Positions 25,610 through 27,259 of a DNA stretch of 27,259 nt are shown one piece after another; positions within the stretch are counted from its first letter, which is position 1; each line of letters starts with the position of its first letter. The stretch is from Candidatus Aenigmatarchaeota archaeon (GTDB lineage Archaea; EX4484-52; B79-G9): positions 1 to 27,259 of the forward strand of contig JAGLMX010000001.1 of the NCBI GenBank assembly GCA_023139785.1. The letters run 5' to 3'. A program made the position numbers and the translations under genes. The notes below the pieces were generated by a model. That model saw nothing but the letters and a program-made list of their open reading frames with translations, searched no databases and was not told where the DNA came from.

Positions 25610-26107
25610 CTAAATGTTTTTCGTACTGCGTTTTCTTCCTGAATACTTTTTGTGTATCGGTTTGATTAAATCAGATTTATATTCTGCATATATTTTGTCT
25701 GCACCGAGTTCCTTGACTGTCGCGCTAATTTTTCTTTCTAGAGACTTACGATTATTTTTTTCGTTGTTCAGAAGCAATGCAGTCCACAAAATGAAGAGAG
25801 GTGCAAAAGGATTTCGATCGGGAGTGTTAAATCTTGCCTGCTCTACTCCGAGAATTCTTAATTTTGTATCCATATACCCTAAAATTAAGACGCATATGGC
25901 AAAAAAGATACTTCCTATAATGATAAAATTGGTCTTGGATTCAAAAAAAGATTGTATTAGGTCAACATTCCACACAGTCGTGTTAAGAAAAATCAAAAAT
26001 ATCATAAAAAGCTGGAAAGGCGCCAAATACGTTTGGGTTCTATTTGTGTATATCTTAAACTCAGCAATCATCCTGCGCACTTTAATCAAAGTATCTCTTG
26101 TTGCCAT
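25610..26107 (-). CDS. Hypothetical two-TM membrane protein
   Basis: Hydrophobic segments LAPFQLFMIFLIFL and FIIIGSIFFAICVLILG. Co-oriented with its neighbours. ATG 26107 lies 6 nt after GTGAT. Confidence 0.62.
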   Translation of the reverse strand: MATRDTLIKVRRMIAEFKIYTNRTQTYLAPFQLFMIFLIFLNTTVWNVDLIQSFFESKTNFIIIGSIFFAICVLILGYMDTKLRILGVEQARFNTPDRNPFAPLFILWTALLLNNEKNNRKSLERKISATVKELGADKIYAEYKSDLIKPIHKKYSGRKRSTKNI

Positions 26108-26157
26108 ACACATATCACGTTGGTTAAGTTTTTTATACTGTTGCAAAAATACAGTTT

Positions 26158-26758
26158 TTATGGTCGTGCATTGCGCAGGAAATATCCTTTTCCTATAATT
26201 ATACTTCTCTGGGATGGCTTCAATAGCGCTTCAATTGTTGGCTCTTTTGCCCTGAGCGTTGCAAAGAATTCCTTCTTTTAGCACAAGCGGGCTTATATCC
26301 CTGCCAAGCACAGCGGACATATCCCTGCAACCCTTTAAAATTCTTTCGTCATGCGCCTTTACGGCAAATAGCAGGTCCATGTCGCTTTCCTTTGTGGCTG
26401 CCCCGCGCGCGAAGCTGCCGAAAAGGCAGCACGAAAGAATGTTTTTATCGCCTGAGAAGACATTCAGGACTGCGTTTATTGCCTGCATTGCTTTTTTGCT
26501 TATAGTGGAGAGCCGGCAGTCTTCTAATACAGAAAAAAATTCCGTGGTTTCTTTGATATTTTTATCACTCTTTAGCACCATAGTCTTTCCGAATCTTTTC
26601 TTTTCCACAAACGGTGGGGAAGAGAGCGTTTTCTGTGCGCTGAAGGGGTGCAAGCCAAGCTTTTTGGAAATTTCAAGAAGATGCGTCCCTTCGGACTCGT
26701 AAATTTCATTAAGTATCCTGAGCTTGTTCTCTGTTAGCGGGAGCAGCTTTTCAATCAT
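26158..26758 (-). pseudogene. wHTH plus minimal nucleotidyltransferase (MNT) antitoxin-like gene with a +1 frameshift near 26272
   Basis: N-terminal HTH-like RILNEIY..THLLEISKKLGL; LFGSFARG..TKESDMDLL (GS-x10-DxD). The +1 frame 26271-26158 encodes EFFATLRAKEPTIEALLKPSQRSIIIGKGYFLRNARP*, which looks like an MNT C-terminus. Confidence 0.72.
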
Positions 26759-27248
26759 TCAATACCCCCCTAGTATGTTTATGAGATCCCGTATTTCATC
26801 CAGTGTGTCGGATATGGTGACATTCAATTTTCTTTTGGTTTTTGGAAGATACAGGTATTTGTTCCTTGTAACTCGTATGTTTGACACTTCTTTGAAGACG
26901 TCTTCAGTTTTCTTTTTACTTTTCAGGGCAGAAGAAATTCTGTTAAGCACATCTTTTGAAATAATATTTTCATTTAGAAGCGCTATTAGAACGCAGCCAT
27001 GGTCTTTGGAATAAAAGCCCATTTTTTATCAGGATTGCACGGGTTGCCAAAAAAAGCGCCTGATACGCTTTTACGATAGCCCATTTTGGCGAGGTTTCAG
27101 CTTCTTTTTCAGCAGAAGCCAGATTGGAATAAGCTTCTTTGATAGATTCTGTGTAAAGCTCTTTTGGAATCTGCACGAAAGCGCGCTTTTTTATGCACCG
27201 AGCATATTCTTTTTCAATCGAGGATTTTTTTTGGAACCATTCAATCAC
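26759..27248 (-). pseudogene. HEPN-domain protein (COG1895/UPF0332-like) split by a +1 frameshift in an A6 run; 5' end uncertain
   Basis: ORFs 26970-27248 and 26759-27022 join as KWAIVKAYQALFLATRAILIK-MGFYSKDHGCVLIAL...RNKYLY if one A is removed from 27022-27027. Its stop abuts the MNT ATG (TGAATG). Confidence 0.72.
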
Positions 27249-27259
27249 CGTTGTATGTA

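Noticed and set aside
25614-26198. 194-aa + strand ORF as an independent gene
   Set aside because: Antisense to a co-oriented operon gene, with no SD/TATA context or motif seen. Kept only as a low-interest note.
26762-26770. G6 tract as a phase-variation site
   Set aside because: It encodes in-frame Gly-Gly at the HEPN C-terminus and doubles as a plausible SD for the MNT ATG; it is too short and the frame is intact.
1-27259. CRISPR array, tRNA/rRNA, transposase/integrase, flippase or AglB
   Set aside because: No regularly spaced repeats, RNA-gene signatures or matching protein motifs were seen by eye; a tRNAscan/Infernal run would be needed to exclude small RNAs.

Overview
A roughly 26-kb surface-glycan (N-glycan/S-layer or cell-envelope polysaccharide) biosynthesis and decoration locus, very probably archaeal. 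Support for archaeal origin: TATA boxes about 25-35 nt before ATGs, GGTGA-type Shine-Dalgarno sites and a dolichol-P glycosyltransferase; a DPANN-like origin is only a guess. Genes lie in alternating divergent and convergent blocks: asnB-like amidotransferase (cut by the left edge and missing from the ORF track), NDP-sugar epimerase, GT2, GT-C, three GT4-type glycosyltransferases, a WbpB/E/D-like trio, Ugd plus a nucleotidyltransferase, a WbuXYZ/AglXYZ-type acetamidino trio and five SAM-methyltransferase domains. The most interesting unexplained element is a three-gene module at 5479-8630, preceded by its own TATA-like box. It comprises a tiny signal-peptide/TM protein whose predicted mature N-terminus is YLDPG, a NoeA-like protein with a cryptic kinase-like N-domain fused to a methyltransferase, and an LtaS/EptA-like membrane phosphotransferase with a Thr nucleophile. 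Also unexplained are a secreted LamG/Ca-repeat/Vps62-like protein, a degenerate methyltransferase fused to a helical domain, a GT-C gene that appears to need a non-AUG start, and a HEPN-MNT pair at the right edge in which both genes carry +1 frameshifts. I saw no rRNA, tRNA, CRISPR array or transposase. All family assignments come from motif recognition, not database searches.
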